A stretch of DNA of 61,725 nucleotides from Limnochordia bacterium (GTDB taxonomy: Bacteria > Bacillota > Limnochordia > DTU087 > JAAYGB01), in NCBI GenBank assembly GCA_041687495.1, contig JAWLBR010000006.1:1-61725 (forward strand). Direction: 5' to 3'. Under the pieces are notes generated by a model. The model did not search any database. It was not told where the DNA came from and saw only the letters and a list, made by a program, of their open reading frames with translations. Numbering within the stretch: the stretch's first letter is position 1; each line of letters opens with the position of its first letter. Shown here one piece after another: positions 1 to 8,327 of the stretch. A program made the translations under genes and the position numbers.

Positions 1-48
1 GCCGTCTTGGATGTTTTCGGGTGAGTTCATGTTAAGGGTGGGAAAGAA

Positions 49-468
49 ATGAATGCGAATCCATACAGAGCGTATCGCAAGACACAAGTGCAAACAGCTT
101 CAGGACTAGACTTGGTTTTGCTTCTGTACAATGGAGCGATCAAGTTTTCGAAGCAAGGGCTGATCGCTTTAGAGGAGAGAAAGCTAGAACCGGCACACCA
201 GTCCTTGGTGAAGGCTCAGGATATCATTTCTGAGCTTAGTGTCTCTTTGAACCATGAGGTGGGGGGAGACATTTCCCGGAGCCTGGAGCAGTTGTATGAC
301 TATATGAGTTGGCGCTTAGTGGAGGCCAACATCCAAAAAGATAAGGGTCCAGTGGAAGAAGTCATAGGAATGTTAGAGGAATTGAGAGATACTTGGACGC
401 AAGTGGGAAAGACCCACCGTAACCGGGACAATGATCAGGAACCCACCGGATTTGACATTGCTAAATAG
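49..468 (+). CDS. fliS: Flagellar export chaperone FliS
   Basis: 139 aa; NPYxAYxxTQVQTAS..LVLLLYNGAI..KAQDIISEL..LxQLYDYM..L.EAN pattern typical of FliS. Confidence 0.95.
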   Translation: MNANPYRAYRKTQVQTASGLDLVLLLYNGAIKFSKQGLIALEERKLEPAHQSLVKAQDIISELSVSLNHEVGGDISRSLEQLYDYMSWRLVEANIQKDKGPVEEVIGMLEELRDTWTQVGKTHRNRDNDQEPTGFDIAK

Positions 469-480
469 ATAATGGAGAAT

Positions 481-515
481 CGCCCGCTGCAAAGGACGTT
501 GTGGCGGGTTTTTTG
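481..515 (+). terminator. Intrinsic terminator after fliS
   Basis: CCCGCTGCAA-aggacg-TTGTGGCGGG stem followed by a T-run. Confidence 0.75.
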
Positions 516-542
516 TTAGTCTGGTAAAGGAGGAGCGCATTT

Positions 543-1220
543 ATGTCGATTTTGGATCAGCTGGCAGGAGGATTGATCGTTTCCTGTCAAGCGCTGGAGT
601 ATGAGCCCTTGCATGGGCCCTGGCTGATGGCCGGAATGGCACGGGCCGCAAAGCAAGGTGGTGCGGTAGGGATTCGAGCCAATGGTGCCCAAGACATTCG
701 AGCGATCAAAGAAGCAGTAGGTTTGCCGGTAATAGGGATCGAGAAGCAGGACGACGCAGCCGGTGGACTGTGCATTACTCCGGACTATGCCGCAGCCCAG
801 CGGGTCGCTGAAGCTGGGTCAGATATTATCGCCCTTGACTGCCGTGTCGCTAGGCCCTTCGGAGATGAGCTCCCAGGATTCATTGCTAGGGTTAAGTCTG
901 AGCTGGGCACCTTGGTAATGGCAGATGTCCAAACTGTGGCCGAGGCTGAGGCGGCTCAGCAGATGGGTGCTGATCTAGGTGCCACTACCTTCGCCTTTCG
1001 CGAAGGCAGATTTGGGTCTGAGCCTGACTTCGAGCTGATCCAGGCGGCCGTTGATCGTTTGTCCATTCCAGTGATCGCTGAGGGCGGTTTTTGGGATCCA
1101 GAACAAGTACTGAAGGCCCTTGAACTTGGGGTATTGGCCGTTGTCGTAGGCACCGCCATTACTCGCCCCCATGATATTACGAAACGGTTTGTCCATGCCA
1201 TTGCTGGCAAATCTAGGTGA
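543..1220 (+). CDS. nanE: N-acetylmannosamine-6-phosphate 2-epimerase
   Basis: GLIVSCQA, GGAVGIRANG, LPVIGIEK, ITP, VIAEG, VVVGTAITRP motifs; AAGGAGGAG RBS. Confidence 0.92.
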   Translation: MSILDQLAGGLIVSCQALEYEPLHGPWLMAGMARAAKQGGAVGIRANGAQDIRAIKEAVGLPVIGIEKQDDAAGGLCITPDYAAAQRVAEAGSDIIALDCRVARPFGDELPGFIARVKSELGTLVMADVQTVAEAEAAQQMGADLGATTFAFREGRFGSEPDFELIQAAVDRLSIPVIAEGGFWDPEQVLKALELGVLAVVVGTAITRPHDITKRFVHAIAGKSR

Positions 1221-1240
1221 GAGAAAAATCCCCAGCCATG

Positions 1241-1266
1241 GCAGGAATTCTTGGCATGGTAACGAA
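1241..1266 (+). promoter_or_regulatory. SigH-like promoter (AGGA-N16-CGAA) upstream of the LacI gene
   Basis: GCAGGA-attcttggcatggtaa-CGAA; the same motif recurs at other promoters in the window. Confidence 0.5.
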
Positions 1267-1283
1267 AATGTAATATGCATAGA

Positions 1284-1297
1284 TGAAACCGGTTTAA
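1284..1297. promoter_or_regulatory. LacI/cre-type operator
   Basis: TGAAACCGGTTTAA near-palindrome with central CG, upstream of a LacI regulator; weaker copy ATAACTGGTTTGA at about 1314. Confidence 0.55.
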
Positions 1298-1377
1298 TTT
1301 GGTTGGCTTGACGATAACTGGTTTGACGAGTGCTTTTTTTCAATAGTCAAGAAACGGGTATACCGCCCGGGGGTGAA

Positions 1378-2412
1378 ATGATGGGGGCCACCATAGCAGA
1401 TGTTGCAAGAATAGCGGGAGTATCCAAGGCTACAGTGTCAAGGGTGATTAACAATCACTCGGTTCGTTCCACTACTCGATCAAAAGTGCTCCATGCCATG
1501 CGCCAACTGGACTACGAACCCAATGCCCATGCCCGGGGCTTGACTTCCGGTAAGAGCTCGGTCATTGGTGTGATCGTGCCGGGTATTGCCAACCAATTTT
1601 ACGGTGCCATTGTCGACGGGGTGCAGGCTGCGCTGGATTCTCGAGGCTACCATATGATCGTAACCTCTACTGGACATACCGCCAACCAAGGTCGGGAGTG
1701 GGCGGCTGCTAAGATGTTGAAGGAAAAACGGGCAGATGGTGTGCTGGTCGTGACGCCTCGGGCCTTGAGCCCTGACAATTTTATGCACTTATTGAAAAGT
1801 AGTTTTCCATTGGTGGTGGCCGATGGTCATTCTGACGCCCTCAGCGGAGTTATGGTGGATAACTTTGAAGGGGCGGTTAAAGCCGTCAAACACTTAACGG
1901 ATCTGGGGCATCGGAAGATCGCTATGGTCACTGGAATCCCCGGCGCTAAAGAAAATCTGCAGCGCCTGTCAGGGTATCGGGATGCTCTGGAAGGTTCAGG
2001 CATTGAGTTTCGCAGAGATTTAGTTATTCCCGGTAATTACGCATACCAAAGTGGAGTGGCGGCAGCAAAAAAGCTGGTGGAGATGGGCAAAGGGATGCCT
2101 ACGGCGATCTTTGCGGCCAATGACTACATGGCCATGGGTGTGATTAACCATCTGAGCGTCTGCGGCATCAAGGTGCCAGGAGATGTGGCCGTGGTGGGGT
2201 ATGACGACATTGAGTCTGCAGCGTTTTTTCGACCGGCGCTAACCACAGTACGCCAGCCGCTGGTGGAATTGGGAAAAGTGGCTGCCCACAAGCTTTTGTC
2301 AGTGGTAGAAGGCACTGAGCCGGAGACAGTCAGGATTCTGCTGTCGGCGGAGCTGATCGTTCGAGACAGCTCTGGGGCAAAGCCAGTGGTGTCAAATGGA
2401 CAGGTGAGTTAG
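1378..2412 (+). CDS. LacI-family transcriptional regulator
   Basis: ATIADVARIAGVSKATVSRVIN helix-turn-helix, YEPNAHARGL hinge, sugar-binding domain ending PALTTVRQP; start moved to the ATG after GGGGTGA RBS. Confidence 0.95.
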   Translation: MMGATIADVARIAGVSKATVSRVINNHSVRSTTRSKVLHAMRQLDYEPNAHARGLTSGKSSVIGVIVPGIANQFYGAIVDGVQAALDSRGYHMIVTSTGHTANQGREWAAAKMLKEKRADGVLVVTPRALSPDNFMHLLKSSFPLVVADGHSDALSGVMVDNFEGAVKAVKHLTDLGHRKIAMVTGIPGAKENLQRLSGYRDALEGSGIEFRRDLVIPGNYAYQSGVAAAKKLVEMGKGMPTAIFAANDYMAMGVINHLSVCGIKVPGDVAVVGYDDIESAAFFRPALTTVRQPLVELGKVAAHKLLSVVEGTEPETVRILLSAELIVRDSSGAKPVVSNGQVS

Positions 2413-2446
2413 CGCATGGCGCACCACAGATTAAGGCAAAATCTGG

Positions 2447-2481
2447 AACGAGGCTTCAGCCGCTGGTGCTGAAGCCTCGTT
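2447..2481. terminator. Hairpin between convergent genes (probable bidirectional terminator)
   Basis: 14-bp stem AACGAGGCTTCAGC/GCTGAAGCCTCGTT. Confidence 0.7.
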
Positions 2482-2523
2482 TGGCATTGTCACGGTGTAT
2501 TCCGTGCTAGCTTAGCCAACTGC

Positions 2524-3618
2524 CTAATCCTGGTACCTGCCGTACTTTTCGACAGCCCACATCATCACTCTGATGTTGCCCAGACTGGTTCCTTCGGAAA
2601 TACTGCCGGCTGTGGCAATCACCAGTCCTCCATCGGCGCCAACCTTATCTATATCACCGCGTACCGCCTGGATGATCTCCTCAGGCGACCCATTGCGCAG
2701 GAGCATCGGGGCGATCTGGCCGCAGATGACGGCGTTGGGCATCGCCTTGCGAATATCCACCGGGTCGAGATTCGGACCCAGGTTGACTTCGTTGATACCT
2801 AGGCGGTGCAGAGTGGGCATGTGGTGTCCCATGTCGCTGTCAGAGTGGTGGTGCCTTCTTGCAGTGGGGTCAGGGGCGAACTCCGCCAGGGCCGCTGCCA
2901 GCATGGGAGCTCCCCACCGGTCGTATTGGCTGGGGGAAACCAGGCAGCAGTTGTCGTCGGTAATCCAGTAACCGACATTGGGCACTCCAGTTTCCTGCCG
3001 CAGCATCCGGATGTACTCCACCAACTTTTCAGTCAGTAGCTTGAAGAAGTCATCCATTACCTCGGGGTAGTCCATGCTGAAGGTCAGAAAGGGCATGGTT
3101 CCCAGGATGGAAGTAGCCATAGTAATCGGACCTCTGTTGCCGGTGCCTAGCCGCAGCGGAGAGCCTGACCTGCGCTCGTACTCGGCTGCATCCTCCGCCC
3201 ACCCTGCCGGGAACACGAAGTTCTTCAGGTTCAGTGCCTTAACCTGCTTCAGCAGAGCTTTCACATCGTCAATATCCTTGACGTCTGACTCCAGCCAAGG
3301 GGTTCCGCCTTCCCGGAGCTCTTGGCGGCTGCCAAAGACCTCCTCGAGGCGCTTGACGCTCTTGCGGGGGATAACCTCGGCAAAATGGCGGCAGCCCAAC
3401 TGCGCTTCCATCCTGTCGTTACAGCGCTTATGTACTTCCTCTCTGTAGTCCAGATCGTGATAGTACCGGACAGTGGATGGGATGCCCATTTCGCCAAATA
3501 ACCAGTGATCGTCCATAGACAGGCTCACGGGCACCCGGGGCTTATTCGTGGAAAAGGGCTTCTGCAGACTTTCCCAGTTCTCCCGCCAGAACGTAGCGAA
3601 ATCCATTTCATACTCCAC
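2524..3618 (-). CDS. Uroporphyrinogen decarboxylase / MtaA-CmuA-like family protein
   Basis: GPITMA..I.G, DD..CLVSPxQYxRW, GQIAP.LLRNGSPEEI..AV..DI, GGLVI.TAGSI.EGTS.GNI..M; URO-D-type TIM-barrel C-terminus. Confidence 0.8.
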   Translation of the reverse strand: MEYEMDFATFWRENWESLQKPFSTNKPRVPVSLSMDDHWLFGEMGIPSTVRYYHDLDYREEVHKRCNDRMEAQLGCRHFAEVIPRKSVKRLEEVFGSRQELREGGTPWLESDVKDIDDVKALLKQVKALNLKNFVFPAGWAEDAAEYERRSGSPLRLGTGNRGPITMATSILGTMPFLTFSMDYPEVMDDFFKLLTEKLVEYIRMLRQETGVPNVGYWITDDNCCLVSPSQYDRWGAPMLAAALAEFAPDPTARRHHHSDSDMGHHMPTLHRLGINEVNLGPNLDPVDIRKAMPNAVICGQIAPMLLRNGSPEEIIQAVRGDIDKVGADGGLVIATAGSISEGTSLGNIRVMMWAVEKYGRYQD

Positions 3619-3695
3619 AGGCTCACAACCTTTTCTGGGTGAAGTTAGAGTTTAATAGAGTTTAATACCAGCAGTAGATAGCTGCTGCTATTCAC

Positions 3696-3720
3696 TTCGC
3701 CCAAAACCAGAAAATTCCTT
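3696..3720 (-). promoter_or_regulatory. SigH-like promoter for the URO-D-like gene
   Basis: Minus strand reads AAGGA-attttctggttttggg-CGAAGT (N16). Confidence 0.5.
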
Positions 3721-3893
3721 GTTAGCGGTTAACTCTGAGATCACAGTCGACATCAAGAGTAAGCCACTACTTGGTTTTTTGTCGGTACGGGAGGGTGCTC
3801 GCTGTTCGTGTTGAATCATTTTTAAGATCAGCTAACTTCAGCTGGCGTTGAGTGCGGAAAATAACTGGAGTTTTCCAGAAGAGGGGAAGCTAA

Positions 3894-5177
3894 ATGGCAA
3901 AGGTGTCTCTAGGGGCAGTGAGGGAGCATGGTGAGCTGCGATCCTGGCTGCGCAATCTTTTCACAGTGGGTGCTTGCTACGATCTTTGGGTTGTAGGAAT
4001 GGTGATTACCACCTTAGGGCCTTTGGTCCCGTTTTTAATGCAGGATTTCGGGTTGACCCCTGCGGCGGTGGCGGTGATTTTTACGGCCCGGGGAATCGGT
4101 TACTTGGTCTCGGTTGTGGGCGGGGGACTGGTCACCGACGTGTACGGCCGAAAGGTGGTTGTCGTGTCTGGAGCGCTGCTGATTGGCACCACACTGCTTG
4201 TCTCCACAGGAGGCTCATCTTGGCACTTGGTGGTGGCATTGGCGGCGATTACCGGAGTCGGCCAAGGGCTCATCGATGGTGTAGCCAACGTAATCATGAC
4301 AGATATGCATCGGTCAAACCCGGGTCGAGCTCTGAACTTCCTCCATGTATGGTTTGGGGTTGGTGCTTTTTGCGCTCCGCTGTTGGCCGGCTGGATTCTT
4401 GACGCTGGGGGCAGCTGGACCCATGTGTTTTGGGTGGTAGGTGTTGCTGCTTTAGGTCTTGGCGCGCTGTTTGTCCCCTTTGCCTATCCCACTGGGGCCG
4501 CTCTAGGTGGAACTAAGGCGGCGACGCAGCCCAAACACTCCACCAAGCAGGACGGGCAGGAGGGACAGTCGATCCCATCGACTTTCCAGGCGTTAGCCAA
4601 ATTTGCCCGCTCGCCGATGTTTTTGCTAATGGCAGCCATCATGTTCTTGTACAACGGAGTGGCTGGTTCCATCATCGGTTGGGTTAACACTTATCTGGGG
4701 GCCTTGTTCAATTTCTCCACCATGCAAGCCTCGGTCACTCTCTCGCTGTACAGCGCCGGCATCTTGGTTGGCCGGCTGTTTATGGGAGTGGTGGTTGAGC
4801 GCATTGGATATGGGCTGGCCTTGCTGATCTGTTCCATCGGTTCCTTTCTGTCTATCACCCTTGCTGTTGCCTCGCCCGTTAGTTTCTTGGCGGCGGCGGG
4901 ATTTGCCGGTACGGGGCTGTTTTTCTCGGGGCTTTTTCCGACAGCACTGGCGGTGGGGGGGACGTTGTTTCCTGGAGCGATGGGAACGGTATCCGGGCTG
5001 CTGGTGGGCGCAGCGGCCTTGGGAAGTATGGTAGTTCCCTGGTTTACTGGACTGTTGGTGGACGTGATGGGAATGAAATTGGCCATGGCTGCTAACGCCG
5101 TTCTCCTTTCTGGACTGGCGGCTGCCGGAATCGGTGCGTACACAGCACTGCGGCGTCGGCAAGCAGCAGACGCATAA
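3894..5177 (+). CDS. MFS transporter (FucP/TsgA-like, probably sugar)
   Basis: About 12 hydrophobic segments; G..TDVYGRK motif A; LNFLHVWFGVGAF..P motif. Confidence 0.85.
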   Translation: MAKVSLGAVREHGELRSWLRNLFTVGACYDLWVVGMVITTLGPLVPFLMQDFGLTPAAVAVIFTARGIGYLVSVVGGGLVTDVYGRKVVVVSGALLIGTTLLVSTGGSSWHLVVALAAITGVGQGLIDGVANVIMTDMHRSNPGRALNFLHVWFGVGAFCAPLLAGWILDAGGSWTHVFWVVGVAALGLGALFVPFAYPTGAALGGTKAATQPKHSTKQDGQEGQSIPSTFQALAKFARSPMFLLMAAIMFLYNGVAGSIIGWVNTYLGALFNFSTMQASVTLSLYSAGILVGRLFMGVVVERIGYGLALLICSIGSFLSITLAVASPVSFLAAAGFAGTGLFFSGLFPTALAVGGTLFPGAMGTVSGLLVGAAALGSMVVPWFTGLLVDVMGMKLAMAANAVLLSGLAAAGIGAYTALRRRQAADA

Positions 5178-5196
5178 ATTTGGAGGTGTTTTTTGC

Positions 5197-6192
5197 ATGT
5201 ATCCTTTCAAGTTCGCACCCATATACAAAGAGAAGATCTGGGGCGGAGATGCCCTGGCCCGTTTGTTTGGCCGCCAACTTCCGTCGGCCCAGGTGGGCGA
5301 GAGTTGGGACATCGCTGCTCATCCCCACGGCCAGTCAGTGGTGAGCAATGGGCCGTTGACCGGAGCCAAACTCGTCGATCTCCTTGAGTCACACCGAGAG
5401 AAGATTATGGGTAAGACTCCGATGGGGACGGCTGGACAGTTCCCGCTGTTGGTCAAGCTTTTGGATTGCAACGACTGGCTGTCGATTCAGGTGCATCCCG
5501 ATGACGAGTACGCCCGCACCTACGAGAATGGAGAGTTGGGCAAGACCGAGACCTGGGTAGTGCTGCATGCTGAGCCTGGTGCGCAAATTGTCTACGGTGC
5601 CAAGCCCGGGACCACCAAGGAGCAGTTTGCCGGAGCCATTGCCGAAGGACAGGTCGAAGAGCTCCTGCAGATGGTGGAAGTCAAGGTTGGCGATGTCTAC
5701 TCAGTTCCAGCCGGTACGCTGCATGCCCTAGGCAAAGGCGTGGTGGTGGCGGAAGTCCAGCAGAACTCAGATACTGTCTACCGAGCCTACGACTGGGGTC
5801 GGGTGGGTGATGACGGGAAACCTCGAGAGCTTCATGTGGAGCAGGCCCTGAATGTCATTGACTTCTCCCGAACTGCCCCTAAGCAAGCCGCTGCTGGAAT
5901 TGGGCCGAAGCAGTTGGTGGCGGGAAGAGTTGGTGAGTGTCAGCAAACGCTGCTGGACACTAACGACAAGTACGCGATGGAACGCATTGAACTGGCTGGA
6001 CAGTGGAGTCCGGTGCACGAAAACCGGGTAGAGATTTGCATGGCTCTGGAAGGACAGTGCAACGTGTCGGGAGGCGGGGAGCAGATTCAGCTTCGTCCCG
6101 GTGACAGTATTTTAGTCCCCGCGGCGGTTGAAGACCTTACCTTTGCCGGCACTGCAGTATTGCTGCGGGCTTATGTTCCGGAAGGCAAGTAG
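5197..6192 (+). CDS. manA: Mannose-6-phosphate isomerase, class I
   Basis: KEKIWGG, GESW, FPLLVKLLD..DWLSIQVHPDD, GKTETW, VPAGTLHA, EVQQNSD..YR.YDW.R; start at the ATG after GGAGG. Confidence 0.92.
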   Translation: MYPFKFAPIYKEKIWGGDALARLFGRQLPSAQVGESWDIAAHPHGQSVVSNGPLTGAKLVDLLESHREKIMGKTPMGTAGQFPLLVKLLDCNDWLSIQVHPDDEYARTYENGELGKTETWVVLHAEPGAQIVYGAKPGTTKEQFAGAIAEGQVEELLQMVEVKVGDVYSVPAGTLHALGKGVVVAEVQQNSDTVYRAYDWGRVGDDGKPRELHVEQALNVIDFSRTAPKQAAAGIGPKQLVAGRVGECQQTLLDTNDKYAMERIELAGQWSPVHENRVEICMALEGQCNVSGGGEQIQLRPGDSILVPAAVEDLTFAGTAVLLRAYVPEGK

Positions 6193-6259
6193 AGCTGGTT
6201 TGCCAGATACGAAGCGGGGAGGCACTTTGGGCGGTAGCGTCCTCGGTGCCTTTACGTTA

Positions 6260-6862
6260 TCAGTGGGGTTGACTGCGGTGGTGCCCCATGCACACCCTAA
6301 CGCATTCACTGCAGCCCCGTGTCGAATACCGCAGGCAGCTGATCTGGTTCAGCTGTCCCGAGCGGAACGCGTCGGCTGGACAAGCAGCTGTACACTGACC
6401 GCAGGTACGGCAGGCAGCTGAACTAGTTCGGGCGTCAGGCTCTGAGGGAGAACTATCCAGCTGAATCGGTGCGTCGGTAAACAGAGCGGCAAACAGCAGT
6501 CCGGAGCCGTACTGTGAGTTTACCACCAGCCCATTGTGTCCCCAGTGGCCAAGCCCGGCGGACACAGCGAGGGGGCGAAAATCACCGTATAGGGATAGAA
6601 CGCTCTTCCCGTTGGCTGTGTATCCGGCTTGGCGCAGCAGCTGCGTTGACCGGGCTAAGGCTTGGTGACTGCGTTGAGCCACATCACTCAACCACTTGGT
6701 CAGAGTTAGGGGTCGGGTGAAAAACCAGGTGTCTGAGTACGGGAAAGCGATTACGGCTACGGGTACAGATTGCCTAATGGCAGTGTATCCCCATTGCACG
6801 GCGCCGCAGTCGCCAAAGATCTGTTCTAGTTCGGCTCTAACCTGCCTACCAACTTCACTCAT
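6260..6862 (-). CDS. Epoxyqueuosine reductase (QueG)-like 4Fe-4S protein
   Basis: FRPLAVSAGLGHWGHNGLVV..YGS...AALFTD followed by CxxCxxCxxxCP and C..CxxCxxxC cluster motifs. Confidence 0.7.
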   Translation of the reverse strand: MSEVGRQVRAELEQIFGDCGAVQWGYTAIRQSVPVAVIAFPYSDTWFFTRPLTLTKWLSDVAQRSHQALARSTQLLRQAGYTANGKSVLSLYGDFRPLAVSAGLGHWGHNGLVVNSQYGSGLLFAALFTDAPIQLDSSPSEPDARTSSAACRTCGQCTAACPADAFRSGQLNQISCLRYSTRGCSECVRVCMGHHRSQPH

Positions 6863-6995
6863 GCTTTCGCCACCTATCCCTGGAAAGTGTCTACAAGGAC
6901 TAGGTTTTCCCAGTGCCATTCAGGTATGCTTTCGCACCAGGCACGCCAAATCCGATTGTACCTTTTCTAAACCTCGTTGAAGGAGAGCTGCGTTT

Positions 6996-8327
6996 GTGAA
7001 CAACACACATCAGCAACTAGTCGATGCTGTCAATGGGTTGTACCAGCTGACTGTCCTGCGCAGTCTAAGGGAAGACCAGATACTTCAAAGCCTGATCCAG
7101 GCACGGGAGTCGGCCGCAGCCCAAAACGCGGCGGCCTACGCTGCCGTTGGACTTCTACTTGAACACCGAATGGAATGCCATGTACCGGCCGTGTCCGACC
7201 CGTGGACTGATTATCTCCTTGACCTGCTGCTCTTCCTCGATAACCCAATCACCAGAGCATTGGCTCGGGAAAGCTGTCTAGAAGCAGCGGCTAAAATGGC
7301 TCTTTTGCACGACGTACAGGTGCTGCAGCATTTGGCCCAAGCAGGAGAACAGATTCTGCCTCACGGTTTCGGACTCAGTGACCCCTCGGGGATGAAGTAC
7401 ACCGCAGAGGGCTCTACAGTAGCGCCAGCCTTCTCCGGGTGGCGGCGGGATGTCGCTCAGTTGAAGCAAAAGATTGCAGCTGCCAGTGACTGGACAGACG
7501 AGCTTGACCTGCTGCCCAGGTTCTGGCAAAGGCACGGGGTAGGAGTGCTTGGCCAGTTTCCTGCTTTTCGCTGGCTGCCGGGTCGTCATTACACTGAAGC
7601 TGATCAGCTGGGCGGTGTCGCGGTTCCGGATCCCATTCGCCTCCATCAGTTGATCGGGTACGAAGAGCAAAAGAACTTGGTGGTGGACAATACCAGAAGG
7701 CTTATGGAAGGGATTCCGGCACAGAACTTACTGCTTTACGGAGACCGGGGTACGGGCAAGTCCTCGTTGGTCAAGGCCCTCGTCAATGAGTTTGCCGACG
7801 CCGGCCTGCGCTTAGTCGAGGTGAGTAAGGCAGGGATGGCATCTCTGTTCCGTCTGACTGACCGCCTGCGCCGATACCCCAATCCCTGCATCGTTTTCAT
7901 CGACGACCTGTCTTTTGAAGAGACCGAAGTTCAGTATAAGGAGTTAAAAGGGCTCTTAGAGGGTAATGTGGAGAGTCAGCCCGATAACGTGCGGATCTAC
8001 GTCACGACCAACCGCCGCCACTTAGTGAAAGAACGATTATCAGATATGCCTGAGCCCGGCGTCTCCGACGAAGTCCGAGCCAAAGACACGGTAGAGGAAA
8101 AGCTGTCCTTGGCCGATCGATTCGGTATGACAGTGGTGTTTCCAACACCAGACCAGGCGAAGTACTTAACCATCGTGGATGGGCTGGCCCGGGAGGCTGG
8201 CATCGATCTGCCTCCCGAGGAACTGCACGCTAGGGCCATGCGGTGGACGATGTGGCATAATGCCCGGTCTGGCCGAACGGCTCGGCAGTTTATCGACCAG
8301 CTGCGGGGCGAGAAACCTGAGCTCTAG
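6996..8327 (+). CDS. AAA+ ATPase, DUF815 family
   Basis: NLLLYGDRGTGKSSLVKA Walker A, FIDDLSFE Walker B, TTNRRHL, EEKLSLADRFG, RSGRTARQF. Confidence 0.88.
   Translation: MNNTHQQLVDAVNGLYQLTVLRSLREDQILQSLIQARESAAAQNAAAYAAVGLLLEHRMECHVPAVSDPWTDYLLDLLLFLDNPITRALARESCLEAAAKMALLHDVQVLQHLAQAGEQILPHGFGLSDPSGMKYTAEGSTVAPAFSGWRRDVAQLKQKIAAASDWTDELDLLPRFWQRHGVGVLGQFPAFRWLPGRHYTEADQLGGVAVPDPIRLHQLIGYEEQKNLVVDNTRRLMEGIPAQNLLLYGDRGTGKSSLVKALVNEFADAGLRLVEVSKAGMASLFRLTDRLRRYPNPCIVFIDDLSFEETEVQYKELKGLLEGNVESQPDNVRIYVTTNRRHLVKERLSDMPEPGVSDEVRAKDTVEEKLSLADRFGMTVVFPTPDQAKYLTIVDGLAREAGIDLPPEELHARAMRWTMWHNARSGRTARQFIDQLRGEKPEL

Noticed and set aside
1-24. Possible 3' end of the upstream gene (AVLDVFG-stop), fliD expected by synteny
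   Set aside because: Only seven codons are visible; it cannot be identified
4626-5312. Long antisense or alternate-frame ORFs (also 11415-12065, 16364-17020, 26089-26763, 39086-39799, 55224-55952, 57632-58291, 60952-61596)
   Set aside because: All overlap well-supported genes; such ORFs are expected from stop-poor reverse frames in GC-rich DNA
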